A DNA stretch of 50,570 nt, the filler included, from Bipalium vagum (taxonomy: Eukaryota): assembly GCA_037834085.1 (NCBI GenBank). It is 3 parts of 3 records of this genome, joined end to end, with 100 filler letters (N's around TTAATTAATTAA, not from the genome) between each part and the next. Parts side by side here need not be neighbours in the genome. Positions count along the whole stretch, not along the records: positions 1 to 16,315 come from JBBMKC010116589.1; positions 16,416 to 34,801 come from JBBMKC010030534.1; 1 more part is not named here. The stretch is one strand, 5' to 3'. The translations under genes and the position numbers were made by a program. Below the pieces are notes generated by a model. That model had not been told where the DNA came from and made no database searches. It saw nothing but the letters and a program-made list of their open reading frames with translations. The stretch's first letter is position 1, and every line of letters begins with the position of its first letter. Positions 14,337-25,900 of the stretch are shown here, piece after piece.

Positions 14337-15124
14337 TCATATATCATCATGACCCTTGACAATTTCGGAATAACATTTCAAGAAACTGTCTTTGGATTTT
14401 TCGATTTTTCCCGACCAAATACCGCACAGGATCAGTTTTTTATTAAATTTAAGCCCGACCTTGATGACATTGTCTGATTTCAGATTTCCAAACACAGAAT
14501 TTTTCGATTCCTCGTGGGTATAGGAATATTCCTGACCATAAATCTCAAATGTTTCTCCAGCGTTTTTATTTAATTTCTATTAGAAAACGATGTATGACAT
14601 GAAAAATGGTCAAACAAAAGAAAAACTCACAAAAATCGTTTGTATTTCTGTGTTCGATGGCTTGGAATCAGTAGACAATGTAGCATATATCTCTCCGGTT
14701 ATTGAATTACAGAGAAAGGCATTGGAGAATCCATTGAAATTGGTCATGTGGGTATTGAAAGATTTGATTGCTTCATTAATATTCACTTTAAATGACTAAA
14801 GATTCCGGGATAAAGAAAACTAGTTGATCGAAAAATAAATACTTTTTTCCCACCTTTTCCGCCGCAAAACAGGAATGAAATAGATATCTTACGTTTCGGT
14901 GACTTCGATTCGTGACCACTGGAATCTTTAATTTCTTCAGACTTTTTCTCTTTGGAATGTTTCTCCTCCTTGATTTCCTTTTCCGTTACCTGTTCTACAG
15001 CTTTCGATTGGTTCGGCTCTTCTTGAATAATGACTTGTTCATTGGCCACTTCAATCTCATTGGAAGATTTGGAAGATTTCCTAACTTCCGTTCCAATATC
15101 TTCTGCAACTAAAACATTCTCCAT
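14337..15124 (-). CDS. Divergent profilin-like protein with a 94-aa charged N-terminal extension (228 aa, 3 exons)
   Basis: Exons 15124-14843, 14795-14631 and 14576-14337 (TGA), joined by phase-0 GT-AG introns of 47 and 54 nt, open throughout. The C-terminal 134 aa follow the profilin pattern: GFSNAFLCNSITGEIYA...PSNTEIQTIF...GETFEIYGQEY...SVFGNLK...VGLKFNKKLILCGIW, then a terminal helix. The gene model is strong; the fold assignment is by eye. Confidence 0.7.
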
Positions 15125-15629
15125 TGTAAAAATGAAAATAATAATGTTGAATGTACAAACAAATAATAAGAAAAATAAACCAGACAAATGTGTGGGCTGC
15201 AAATTCAATACAAAAGATGCACACCACGAAAAGGTTTGTTTTAATGAGTCAGTATAAAAATTTTATTTATATTCTGCTGGTATGTATATTTGATAATTAT
15301 ATTTCGATTTAAGAATGATTTCAATCAATAATTTGTGAACATTGTTTTACATTATTGTGTATGGCTTTGTCTGTGAACAAGTACAAGTACCGTGTAAATC
15401 TGCTGGTGGCAAATTACCAAGTAAAAAATTGTGCATCAAAATAATAAGAAATAGATGATCTCAATACCTTTTTGCTTTGATAGTTATGATAATTACCGTC
15501 AATATTTTCATAATGTAAAAATAGAATATTGGCAGACAATGATGTTGATTGTTGTCTTTGTCTCGTATCTGATTTGCCAGGAGTAAATATCTGATTATAT
15601 TGTAAATTGGCATTCTTGGAGCAACTTTT

Positions 15630-16215
15630 CTAAACAATGAGTATTTCAAAAATTCGTGTTATTATTAAGTACGAGTTCTATCGTGGTACTAATGCAAAGC
15701 AAACGGTTTGAAATATGAGTGATGCGTTTTGTAGCAAGGTTTTCAATGCATGGATGATTTCTGAGGTTCCATGCAGAGGATTTCTGTCTTCAAAATATGC
15801 TACGTGGTTGACCTGAGACGAATGTTAATCAAGCTGAGATGAAACCTATACTGGAGAATGGTCCATCTTAAAGTACTCAGTAGTTAGCGTTGAAATCCAA
15901 TGTCTCCATCCCCAGAATAATTGACCATTTGAAACAAATTAACAAGGTTACAAAGATTGACCGATGAGCACCTCGCGAATTATACGATTATCAGAAAACA
16001 AATCGTCTTCAAGCTTGTCTTTCTTTGTTGTTACGACAGAAAGGCGAACCATTTCTTCAACGTATCGTGACTTGTGACAAAACATGGATTAGATTCGATA
16101 ATCTCAATGGTTGGATAAAGATGAAGAGCACAGGCCCTGTCCAAAGCCAAACTTTCAACAAAAGAAAATCATGATATCCGTCTGGTGATCCAGTGCTGTT
16201 ATTATCCACTACACC
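15630..16215 (+). mobile_element. Decayed mariner transposase remnant
   Basis: Motifs RLQACLSLLLRQKGEPFLQRIVTCDKTWI and KKIMISVW, with frameshifts and stops. Truncated near the assembly gap. Confidence 0.75.
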
Positions 16216-16315
16216 AGTGTTTCTCAAAGTGGTTCACAGAGGATTCGTATTCACAAAATTTTTTTTGGCCATTTCACAAAAATTTAAGTAATTCAGCGCT
16301 ATTTGTTGCTATTAT

Positions 16316-16415
16316 NNNNNNNNNNNNNNNNNNNNNNNNNNNNNNNNNNNNNNNNNNNNTTAATTAATTAANNNNNNNNNNNNNNNNNNNNNNNNNNNNN
16401 NNNNNNNNNNNNNNN
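16316..16415. other. Assembly gap (N-run with TTAATTAATTAA linker)
   Basis: 100-nt block of Ns with a central TTAATTAATTAA, identical in design to 34802-34901. Confidence 0.97.
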
Positions 16416-16922
16416 ATAATTTATTTTAAAGGTTAATGTCAATACATAATAAATTTTACTATTTTATTTAAATTGTCACCAGATTATTAATCTGGCGCTC
16501 ATTGTACATTTTTAAAATGATTACAATGAAGAATTAAAACACGAAATATATATTTCATATAATTTAGTTAAATATTCTAAAATAAATTAATTTTAATTCA
16601 TGTGCTTAACAAAAATTATATGAATTCATCGATATATTTTTAAAAATCTCAAACAAAATAATTTTATTAACTAGGTCATTTATATAGATTCTGATTTATA
16701 TTTTGGAAAACATTAATATAAATAAATTTGATTGAATAATAAGTAGTACATTCCACTCTTATAAAAATATCTATAAGAATAGTTTTTTTTTTAGAAAAAA
16801 TTTTACATTTGAGTTAAGTCTAAAAGTAGTCAAAAAGATTTTTAAGTTATAAAAAAAATTATATTTATTTTAAAATTTATTTTTCGAATATACGACTTTT
16901 ATTAAATGAATACAAAATTTAT

Positions 16923-19900
16923 CATGAAGCATGTTTCGCTCTTTTATTTTTCAGTTCTTCATCAGTCAATGTTTTTTGATATTTACATTTTAAATCGCTA
17001 AATAACGGTATCTAAAAATTAAAATTTTTTTCTTAATTATTATTTGATAAAATATTTATTTTTCTTTTAAAAAAAATTAATCGCAGAAAACATTAACGAT
17101 CCATTGGTTCTTATTCTCTCCCGTTTGGATGTTAATATTTGGTTGCCTTTCTTTGATAAATAATGATTCACAGATCTTTTTTCATTTAATAAAAGGCGTA
17201 TATTCGAAAAAAACATTTATATTGTTCACAAGATTAAGATTATTTTAAAATATATAAATAATTATTTAAACTTCATTTTGTATGTGGTAATCAATGTTTT
17301 TAGTAAATAATGTCTTATAAAAATTTTTGGCATCGAAATAAAATCAAATCAGCACTGGCAGAAAATTAAAAAATGAAAAAATTTTTTTATTAAAAGTACT
17401 GTGAAATCTTTTCAAAACCCATCATTATTAAATTAGATCCACAAACTTGTAGAGATCAAAATATGACGTTGTGTTTAAAAGTCAAACAGATGAACAAAAT
17501 TTCATTGGTATAAACTTGGTCATAAAAAATATCCTTTTATTTACGTATTTTGTTTACTTTAATATAAACATTCCATGTTTATTTTATATATGATTGTGTG
17601 TACGGACAATTATATTTTGTATAATATAAATATTTAATATTGGGTTGTTCGGAAAGTCACTTCGCATGTTTTAATAAAAAGTAAGACCAAAAGTTTTATT
17701 AGTAATAAATATTTTAATAAATGATGTATTGTCTTTTTTGTTCCAAGGCCTTCTACCATCTACCAGGCAATTTGAATATCTCAATCTTTAAAATGACTTA
17801 AGTGCTTTAAATTAAGATTTAAAGATAGGTTTAAAAAAGCGAAGTGACTTTCCGAACAACCCAATAATATATCTTAATAACATGAAAATTAAAAAATACT
17901 TTTTTAACTAAAAAATTATTATTAAAAATTGAAAACATCATGATCTTACCCAAACATTGCAATTAAGAGATTTATTAGAAGAATATTTGTTAACAATAAG
18001 AACAAGGCGAACCCTCCCAATACTGTTGTATACTTCACAATGCAAGTAGCATTGGTACAGGGCATGACTGAAATGATATCAAACATTTAAACCATAGTGA
18101 ATATCAAAACTAAAAAATAAAATAAAATAATTTTTTAATTATAAAATATAATAATTGTTATAACTACTAATTGAAAAGTTTCATTAAAAATACATGGGAA
18201 ACGTGGCTTACATAATCATAAAATAAACGAATGGTATTGAAAATCATTTTTCAATTTACAGCTGGTCATTTATAGAAATAGGCATTTCATATGCGACGTA
18301 GCATTTTTATTTTTTTCAATAACATCTATCAAGGAAAACCATATCGGGATTCATAATTTGAACTTCCATTTAAGGGGTTCACTTGTGTAACTCTGTAATC
18401 AGTCAAGGGTAGGTCACCTTTTTGATATATATTTGTGATGTAAACATTGATGTTGTTCTGAAAGTTATTCTAGAAAATCATCGGACATCATCTCAAAAAT
18501 TCAGATTAGTTTGAGATGATAAGCCTGATTTGGCAATATGTGACATTACACTTTTTACCAAAAAATAAAATGAATGACCACTGGTTTTATATCATGAAGA
18601 CGTTTTACAGACATTGAACTCACACCTTTAGAGCACACAAAGTTTTTTGTTGGAATGAATTCCTTAGGTTTCAATTTAAACAAATTATACAGACCAAAGA
18701 TTATGGTAATAGATATTTTTAAAACCAATTATGTCATTTATTTGCATAAATGTTTTCGATTACTCCTTAAACTGCCTGACCGCTATTCGCATTTGATAAG
18801 TGTGATTAATAAGCAATAGGATAATAATTATAAAAAAAAGGTTGTTTAATTGAAAATTTCGTTTTCTTTAACAAGAACATTTATTTAGAAAACAAGATTA
18901 ATACACATTAGTAAAATGGGTATTCTCTTCCAGTATCAATTATCTGTCCCAAACTTCAACGTAATGAGTGAATAAATTTCTAGAAAAATACTGTTGGTTG
19001 TGATTGAAGACGTTGGAAAGAAACTTTGATTTCGACTCGGTTTTAGAACATTTTCTGTCTTAAAAAAATGGTAATCAGATGGATCAAGGTCTGAGCTTTG
19101 TTGGGGTGAGACAGAACTTCTTAGCCAATTTTCTCTATATTTTGATGGGTGATTTTTGAAACGTGCGGACGAGAGTTGTTATGGAGAAAATTTGTCATCG
19201 TTGTATTCATATTCTGGTGCAACAGAACTTAGTCCACGTGACTCAGTAGTTGTGAATATGGGTTAAAATTGACCATCTAATCTGATTCCAGCAAATCAAA
19301 GTACATCAATCCACTAGTGTTTCACCAAAAGCAAAGCAAGTTTCTTTTATCATGAAGGTCTGGCTTTGGCCATTATTTTATAATCACTGTCACTTTTAGT
19401 TATCTTATTACATAAGATCCACTTTTCTTCAGATGTAACGATTGATTCGAAAGAATCTGTGTTTTTGGCACTGTGGAAAAGAATACTGATCATCTTGACT
19501 CATTCAGCCTTGCTTGCATCGCTGATGTGATGGGCAAACATTTCCGCGCCGCTTATTCTTTCCAATTGAATGTAAGTCAAATGTAATGATGAAATACTGA
19601 AAATCAAATCTCTTCGCCAGTTGACGACAAGTTTATGTTGGATCAAACTCAATTTCTGCCTTCAAATCCTCATTATCGTGGATTTCCGGATGTTTTCCAG
19701 AATGCATATCTTCAAGTTTTACATCGTCTTGTCTGAAACGTTGGTACCACCGTTAGCCCTGACAAAAGGTTGGAACATTCTTACTGAATACTTGACATAG
19801 GATACTGTGAGATTCTTTTGTGTATTTTCTTGTTTATAGTCATATAGGAGACACATCCGTATACGATATTTTTGCTAAATAATATCTAAAATATTTATTA

Positions 19901-22900
19901 AATTTTAAAAATCAATTATATATTGATTTTTAAAACAAAAAATTCGCCAGAGATTTTCTTTCAAAATGAGTATTAAGCAATAGTTAAGATATTATTATTA
20001 AAAAAAATAGAATAAATTTAGCAATATTCAACCTAATAGTACCACAAAAAGACGGATATTTTATGAAAATTATAATAGCAATCTTACTTTAATTAAAATC
20101 CAGATTTTATGAATTAATTACTAAGCAAAAAAAGGTTTGAAAGTAAAATATAGTTTTTGTAAAAAATTTTATTATTTTATTTAATATAAAATAAATATAA
20201 TTTCTACGAAAACTTTTGCAGTAAAAATTTATTACTATTAAAGGTGTCTAGCATCAATTCGCCGTATGATTGGAAATATGGATTATAAAATATGTCCTTG
20301 ATAACTTCTAGGTTTATTTCTGAATGTTCATATAGGACAGACTGGACTAATAAACCATATGAAACAAGAAAAAGAGCAAAGAGGCTCAAGAAAAAAACAA
20401 TGTCAACAATCTGGAAAAAATAATATTAATTTATAAATCATTTCATGAAAATATACCATTTTTCTAATCATGATAACTTTAGGGCCAAAATATTCACTGA
20501 TACAATAGAATTGCATTGTTCGTAAACAGAAAAAGCTTAAAGTAATGGAAAAAGAGCACCGAGTAATAATAAAATATGCTTCGGATAAAACAAATCTAAG
20601 TACTACACTAAGGAAAAACCAAAAAATCAAGACAACATCGAAAATATTCCAAGCGCCCGACAAATATCCCCACAGTTGATATTTAAATCCTTTTTGTTCT
20701 TGATCAATTACCTAAATAAAGTAATTATTTATGAAATAATAGAGTTATTTTATTTATTTAAAATATATAATAAATGAAAAGGTTCAATACATTATAGTGA
20801 ATTTACCAAATATTTTATATCATTTTGAAGAGAAAGGTCATGTCTATTTTTCTTATTATTAAATTTTCTGAGAAAGTGTAAAAGGAATAACTCTGCTCCA
20901 TGATGTGGATTGATTTACTTCAACAATCTCCTTACAGTCCAGACTTATCTCCCTGTGAATTTGAGTCTTCAAAGCCTCAAGAAATATTTAAGTGGTCGAA
21001 AGTTTGTGACAGACAAAGAGCTGGAAACAGCTGTTTTCTCTTCTTTGACAACAACCCTTCTGAGAACTTGCGCGAAGTCTATCGTAAATCGGAAGATCTG
21101 ATGAGACGGTGTACGCAGTTTTGGGAGATTACTTTTATAGATTGTGGTAATAATAATTCAATAAACTTTTTGTCTTCCTGTACTTATGCTAAAGACTTTT
21201 CACTGATACTAATACTAATAGTGCCGCATACTGTATATACTTGAGGAGACTAGTCTAGGATCGAATAATTTTATTTTTATCCTTTCGATTCTTTTCTTTG
21301 TATCAGTTCAAACGAAAATACGTATAAAAATGTAACATTTTTTCGATGGCTTTATCAGCTTATCTCTCCATTAAAATAAAAACCCCAAAAAGTCAAGTTT
21401 TTTTAAACATTAACACCTGTCATATCGTTAACATAAAACCAAATATAATTTTAAATACCTCAAGAGGGTTATATTTATTTTATAAAAGAAATCATTTTGT
21501 CAATGTTTGAGGTATGGGGTAGAGAATATTACTTATTATCAACATCAAATACTGATGGTATTAGTTCGAAAATAAAATTCTTTAGTATGAACATTTAAGA
21601 GGTCAACGAACCAACATACTTGTTTGATTTCTTCGAAGAGTTTCGTTAGAAAATAAATGTATACAAATATTTCGACAGGTTTTATATTCCACACCTTTTT
21701 AGATTTATTAACTGGTTTCATTTCTACCAAGTTTAAGTAAGCAAATGCTAATAGGAAAATGATGTATGAAATCTAAAGGTTTTTAATAGTTCATTTAAAC
21801 AATTAAATCTAAAATTACTTACCACATGCATAACAAATTTAACTTTAGGAACGTTATAGAATTTTCTCAATGCCTTAGTGTAAGTTAAATTTGTATTCTC
21901 AGGTGTAGGTTTATCGTTTCTGGTTTCCTTTTGAGGCTTATATGAATTATTTAGCTCTCGAATAGGCTTGTTAATAAAAGATAAATTAATTAAAAATTGA
22001 AAATTGTTAAAAATAAAAAATCAAAATATTCTTTTACTTATTATTGTAAATAGAAAATATATTATTAACTATACCCAATCAAATTCTAAGAAAAAGCAAC
22101 AAGGTCAGGATATTCACAGAGATATTCACAAATCAAAATTGCCGTCTAGTTATCTAAGTTTGATTATATAGTGTTTGATTTCACCTTTTAGTAAAATGTA
22201 ATATAAAAAAATAATAATAATTAATATTATTATTTGAAAATAATAATTAATATATAAAAAACTTACTATACATTTCCGATTAAAACAAACTCTAATTAAG
22301 GAAATCATTAATCACTCTTTCGTTTCTGCTTTTCCTATTTTGTGAATTATATTTTTCATTAGTAATGATTAACTGATTTTTCTTTCCTATTTATTAACAA
22401 AGTTGCTCATTAAAACACAAAATTCATTTTTAATTCGCATATTTTTTCCTTGTTTTTCTTTACAACTAACAGTGTGACCCAGCACTTTGATTGTCATTTT
22501 TTTTGGGAATGCATAGTAATATCTAAAGGTATCGTTAAACTGATTATCGGCTGTATTTCATCCAATATTCTTTATCTTTTATTAGAGTTCTCAAGGCCTT
22601 TCATTTCATAATCTATTTTTATATCTTAAACAACCATTTGACCTTAAAAAGGATAAAGTTTTCAAAAATTGAATAAAACATTGATAACATGTTCAGAATT
22701 TTTTACCAAGCTTCCTGCATTTCCCTGCATTACTATGTTACATAGTGTGGGTCAAAGTATTGAAAACATCTTTGATATTTTCTTTGACCGGCAGGAAGTT
22801 TTCAATTTTCGGCGATAAGGTTCGAAATTTCTGAACATGAAGAGATCTAGCAAATTTATATCAGATGTCTTAAAAATCTAATGTCGGCATTGTGGAAGAA

Positions 22901-25900
22901 GGAAGAAGTTCGTTGGGATCTATGAAGAGAAGCAATATTATGCATCCACAATATTTCTTGTCTATCATCTATTTCTATATTCAAATTAACTAATGCATTT
23001 TTGACAAATTCCATGTTTCTTTCTCAGGTTTAATAAATTGACCATATCTGAGTAATTCAAATAAATTGTGACATGAAAGTTGCACACCATAATCAGATGA
23101 AACTTTTCCGGCATATTGTTTTTTCGTGGAACCATTAGTCTTGAAATTCACTCGATACATTCAAGCATACCCACTTCCTCTTATTATTGACATGAGGAGA
23201 AAGATCCATGTAAACACATTTCTCATCAGTTACATAAACATTCTTTCTCGCATTCCCCATTGACAGTACTTCAACAATTATCTTAAAAAGGCTGACGAGA
23301 TTTTGTTTGCTTATTTTTTAAAATATGTGGAACTTATTTTCTTGTAATTGACTTGAATTCTTAGAATTGACCTGTATCGAAATTTGTTAGATACAGAATT
23401 TTATCGATCAAGAAAATTTTTAACTAAAGTGTTGCTCTGATCATTGACAACTGATATTGGTCTTCCTGAACCCTCCTTTCTTTTGTAGTTTATTCTGAAT
23501 GTACTGAAATCCCTAGGAATTTATCTTACTCTTCTCTTCTTGGCAACATTTTTTCTCCCCTCCATAGACCAAATACCAATAGGCATCTGCGACAAAATGA
23601 CCATTGTGTGCCATTGTCGCAATAAAATACTTCACGTTTTTGAATGTCATATACCTTTTTAAATAAAAATGCAAGAAAAGAAGTTAAGAGATAAATTTAA
23701 ACAAACCATTACGAATTTTAGAGATTTTATTTATCATAAAAAATACTTATTCAATATTAAAACATGGGAATTTTTTTCTTTTAAAAAAGGCAATTTATTT
23801 TATGCACCCCTATATAATGTAAATAAATTAATTGATACATGATGAAAGATTAACTTTTGTATAAAAATAATTTTTATTTTTGACAAATGTTTGCAATTTC
23901 CTTAAATAGACGACATTTTAAATAAAGAATTATCTCACTAACCTTGTTTGTGAACGAATATATTTGAAAAAGCACTGGACTAAAAGGAATTGTCAAGAGA
24001 ATCTGCAGTTGAAAAATTATTCAATTTTTAAAATCTTCAAATTTAAAACTTACTTTCCATGTTGAAGTTGAAATAGAGAGGCTCCCCTTCCAAGCCTCAT
24101 TACTGTATGACTTACAAATACTCAGGTTTAAAAAATCCAGCAAACGACCACTAATTGCAATTTGTAGACAACTTAAATAACCCCAATGTTCTATTTCTCT
24201 AAACAAGATCATGTATGTCATCTTTTGATTGTTCTCAAAGGCTTCAGTGATCGCCTCACAAGAAATCTGTATAAAAAATCTATTGAAAATTGTAAGACCT
24301 TTATGAAACCTATGTTTTCAAGCTTACTGGGAACCTAAGAAAAACTTCTCGGATATTTCAGTGTCTCCTCTTTTCAGAGCACATTCTCTCATTTTATCCA
24401 TAATGATTGTCGCAATTAACGCAGAACTGATGTGGGATTTGCCTACTCTCCACAATATCACTGCGGTTTCAATATAGCCAGAAAGTACAGCCCAAAGAAA
24501 AAATTCCTGAATGCAAGAATGCCCACAATCTTCTGATTTATCTTGTTCTTTTTTTTCCATTTGTGTTTCGATATCTTCAGCTACGTTATTATTAATTAAA
24601 ATTTAAATAAAAAATTGGAAAAAATTCAGAAAGAATCAAAAACCAGTACAAGATCTGATTAGTATTAACTTTATTTTTCATAGAGGCAGATTGTAATTAA
24701 TGACATTATTAACCTTTTCAATTCTGTAAATATTTTAATGGTGCTGTCAAAAAACCTCTTTACATTTTGATATTCCTTCACAGAAAAGGGTTTTCAAGAT
24801 TTGAACCACCAATGCAAGAGCGACTCAATTACATTGTGAACGCTTATCACCACTCTATTTTCAATATTTAATTCAACTTGAATTTTTGCATAAAGTTCAA
24901 ATCAAAGAGTGAAGTATCATTGTGGGAAATCTCTATTTGGAATATTTAGATGAATGCAGAGAATAATAAAAAGCTTGGGAATTCTAGATATATTTAAAAC
25001 TAATGGCATTCTAAATAAAAGGATTATTGAACAGAAACATAACAATGTAAGTCTTCACAATTTTAAACTTTTTGTAAGTTTAATAAGAACTTGTTGTCTA
25101 TAGAAAGTTGTTTCTTTAATAAAATTCATTAAAATATTACTGCTGACACTGAGCTTATTGTTTTGCGAAGTATTTTACATCTATAGGTTTCTTGAAAGGT
25201 TTTTAGTCTTTCACATGGATAGTATCATTATATGAAAACAATTATATTTAATAAAGTAGTCTAACTTTTAAATGTATTAGGTCATCACATAAGTAATGCG
25301 CTTTTTCCTAATATTTTTAAATTCCAAAAAGAAACTTTTTGATAAAATTTATTAAATAAAATATGTTCCCTCGTTCTGTACAATGTGTTTCCACCTTTCT
25401 GGTAAATTTCCAATGCCTCTTATGCAAAAATCCTTAGATTTTGACTCCAAGTACTCGTTCAGTACCTTTTTGAAATAAATAGATTCATAAATACCATGTT
25501 ATATTTCTTATTAAAAGATGAAATAAGATTGGCAATCTCCAGTAGAGATAAATTTAGATAATAAAAATTTTTTTAAAATATGTAAAACTCGGGGTACATC
25601 AATCTCAAGGTGGCATAAATGAACTTTAGAATTTGAGTTAATCTTCCGAAAAGATTAATTTAATCAATAATTGAAAAAAATAATATTTTTTGTATAGAAT
25701 TACTTGATTCTGATGTACCCCTTTCATTTGCTCTGGTTTTATGCTTTCCAAATTCTAAAAAGAATTCAATTAAAATGAACATTAAAATAAATAATTTTAC
25801 CTTTCACTTTCAAAATATTGCCCGTCAATCTTTTAACTATTTTCGATATAATAGTTAAAAATTTATCCGTGTCGCCAGTTTTCAATTTTTCCGGATCAAA

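Noticed and set aside
14590-15257. Plus-strand ORFs 14590-14799, 14912-15112 and 15030-15257
   Set aside because: Antisense shadows of the profilin-like gene.
16360-16371. TTAATTAATTAA palindrome within N-runs (also 34846-34857)
   Set aside because: Artificial scaffold linker with stops in all six frames, not biological.
16925-16975. CTGATGA...GAAAC on the minus strand as a hammerhead ribozyme
   Set aside because: No credible stem II or stem I pairing, and it lies in a probable terminal TRPM coding exon.
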